The notes under the pieces: generated by a model | Told to the model about the DNA's origin: nothing | The model's database searches: none | Seen by the model: only the letters and a program-made list of their open reading frames with translations | Shown here: positions 64,000-64,000 of the stretch, in pieces | Position numbering within the stretch: the first letter of the stretch is position 1 | Layout of the letters: every line of letters starts with the position of its first letter | Translations under genes and position numbers: made by a program | Virus record (IMG/VR): IMGVR_UViG_3300022876_000002 | DNA from: a virus | Lineage: Duplodnaviria; Caudoviricetes | Strand: one strand, 5' to 3' | DNA length: 64,000 nucleotides

Positions 64000-64000
64000 C

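Noticed and set aside
1-64000. CRISPR array, integrase, transposase, reverse transcriptase/DGR, chimallin or PhuZ
   Set aside because: No spaced direct repeats or matching protein motifs seen by eye. The only long exact repeat noticed is the 29-bp pair at 16198 and 19501.

Overview
This is a 64-kb, densely coding segment of a phiKZ-like nucleus-forming jumbo phage (Chimalliviridae type; GC roughly 50%), with most genes on the minus strand. Assignments rest on motifs read in the translations plus remembered phiKZ/SPN3US gene order; no database search was run, so phiKZ gp numbers are synteny-based inferences. Left to right: three paralogous tail/baseplate-fibre genes; overlapped i-/o-spanin genes; a holin candidate and RuvC; baseplate genes and the portal; a small accessory cluster; the non-virion RNAP beta-N subunit, major capsid protein and DnaB; the head/inner-body (ejected protein) cluster; the exonuclease half of the split family-B DNA polymerase; a T4 gp26-like tail-chaperone pair; the virion RNAP beta'-C subunit; an SF2 helicase; and the truncated non-virion RNAP beta'-C subunit. 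No tRNA, CRISPR array, intron, intein or transposon was seen. The most notable observations are: (1) a T-TTT-TTT slippery site with an open -1 frame fusing the gp26-like chaperone to the next ORF, resembling lambda G/GT; (2) an A-AAA-AAC slippery heptamer plus a long hairpin at the end of the major capsid gene; (3) a chimeric accessory gene built from a paralog of its neighbour and a copied internal domain of the 798-aa gene; (4) a three-way-junction RNA candidate; (5) a membrane-embedded M48-like zinc protease among the head proteins; and (6) a G-x-E cleavage signature followed by amphipathic helices in a family of probable ejected proteins.
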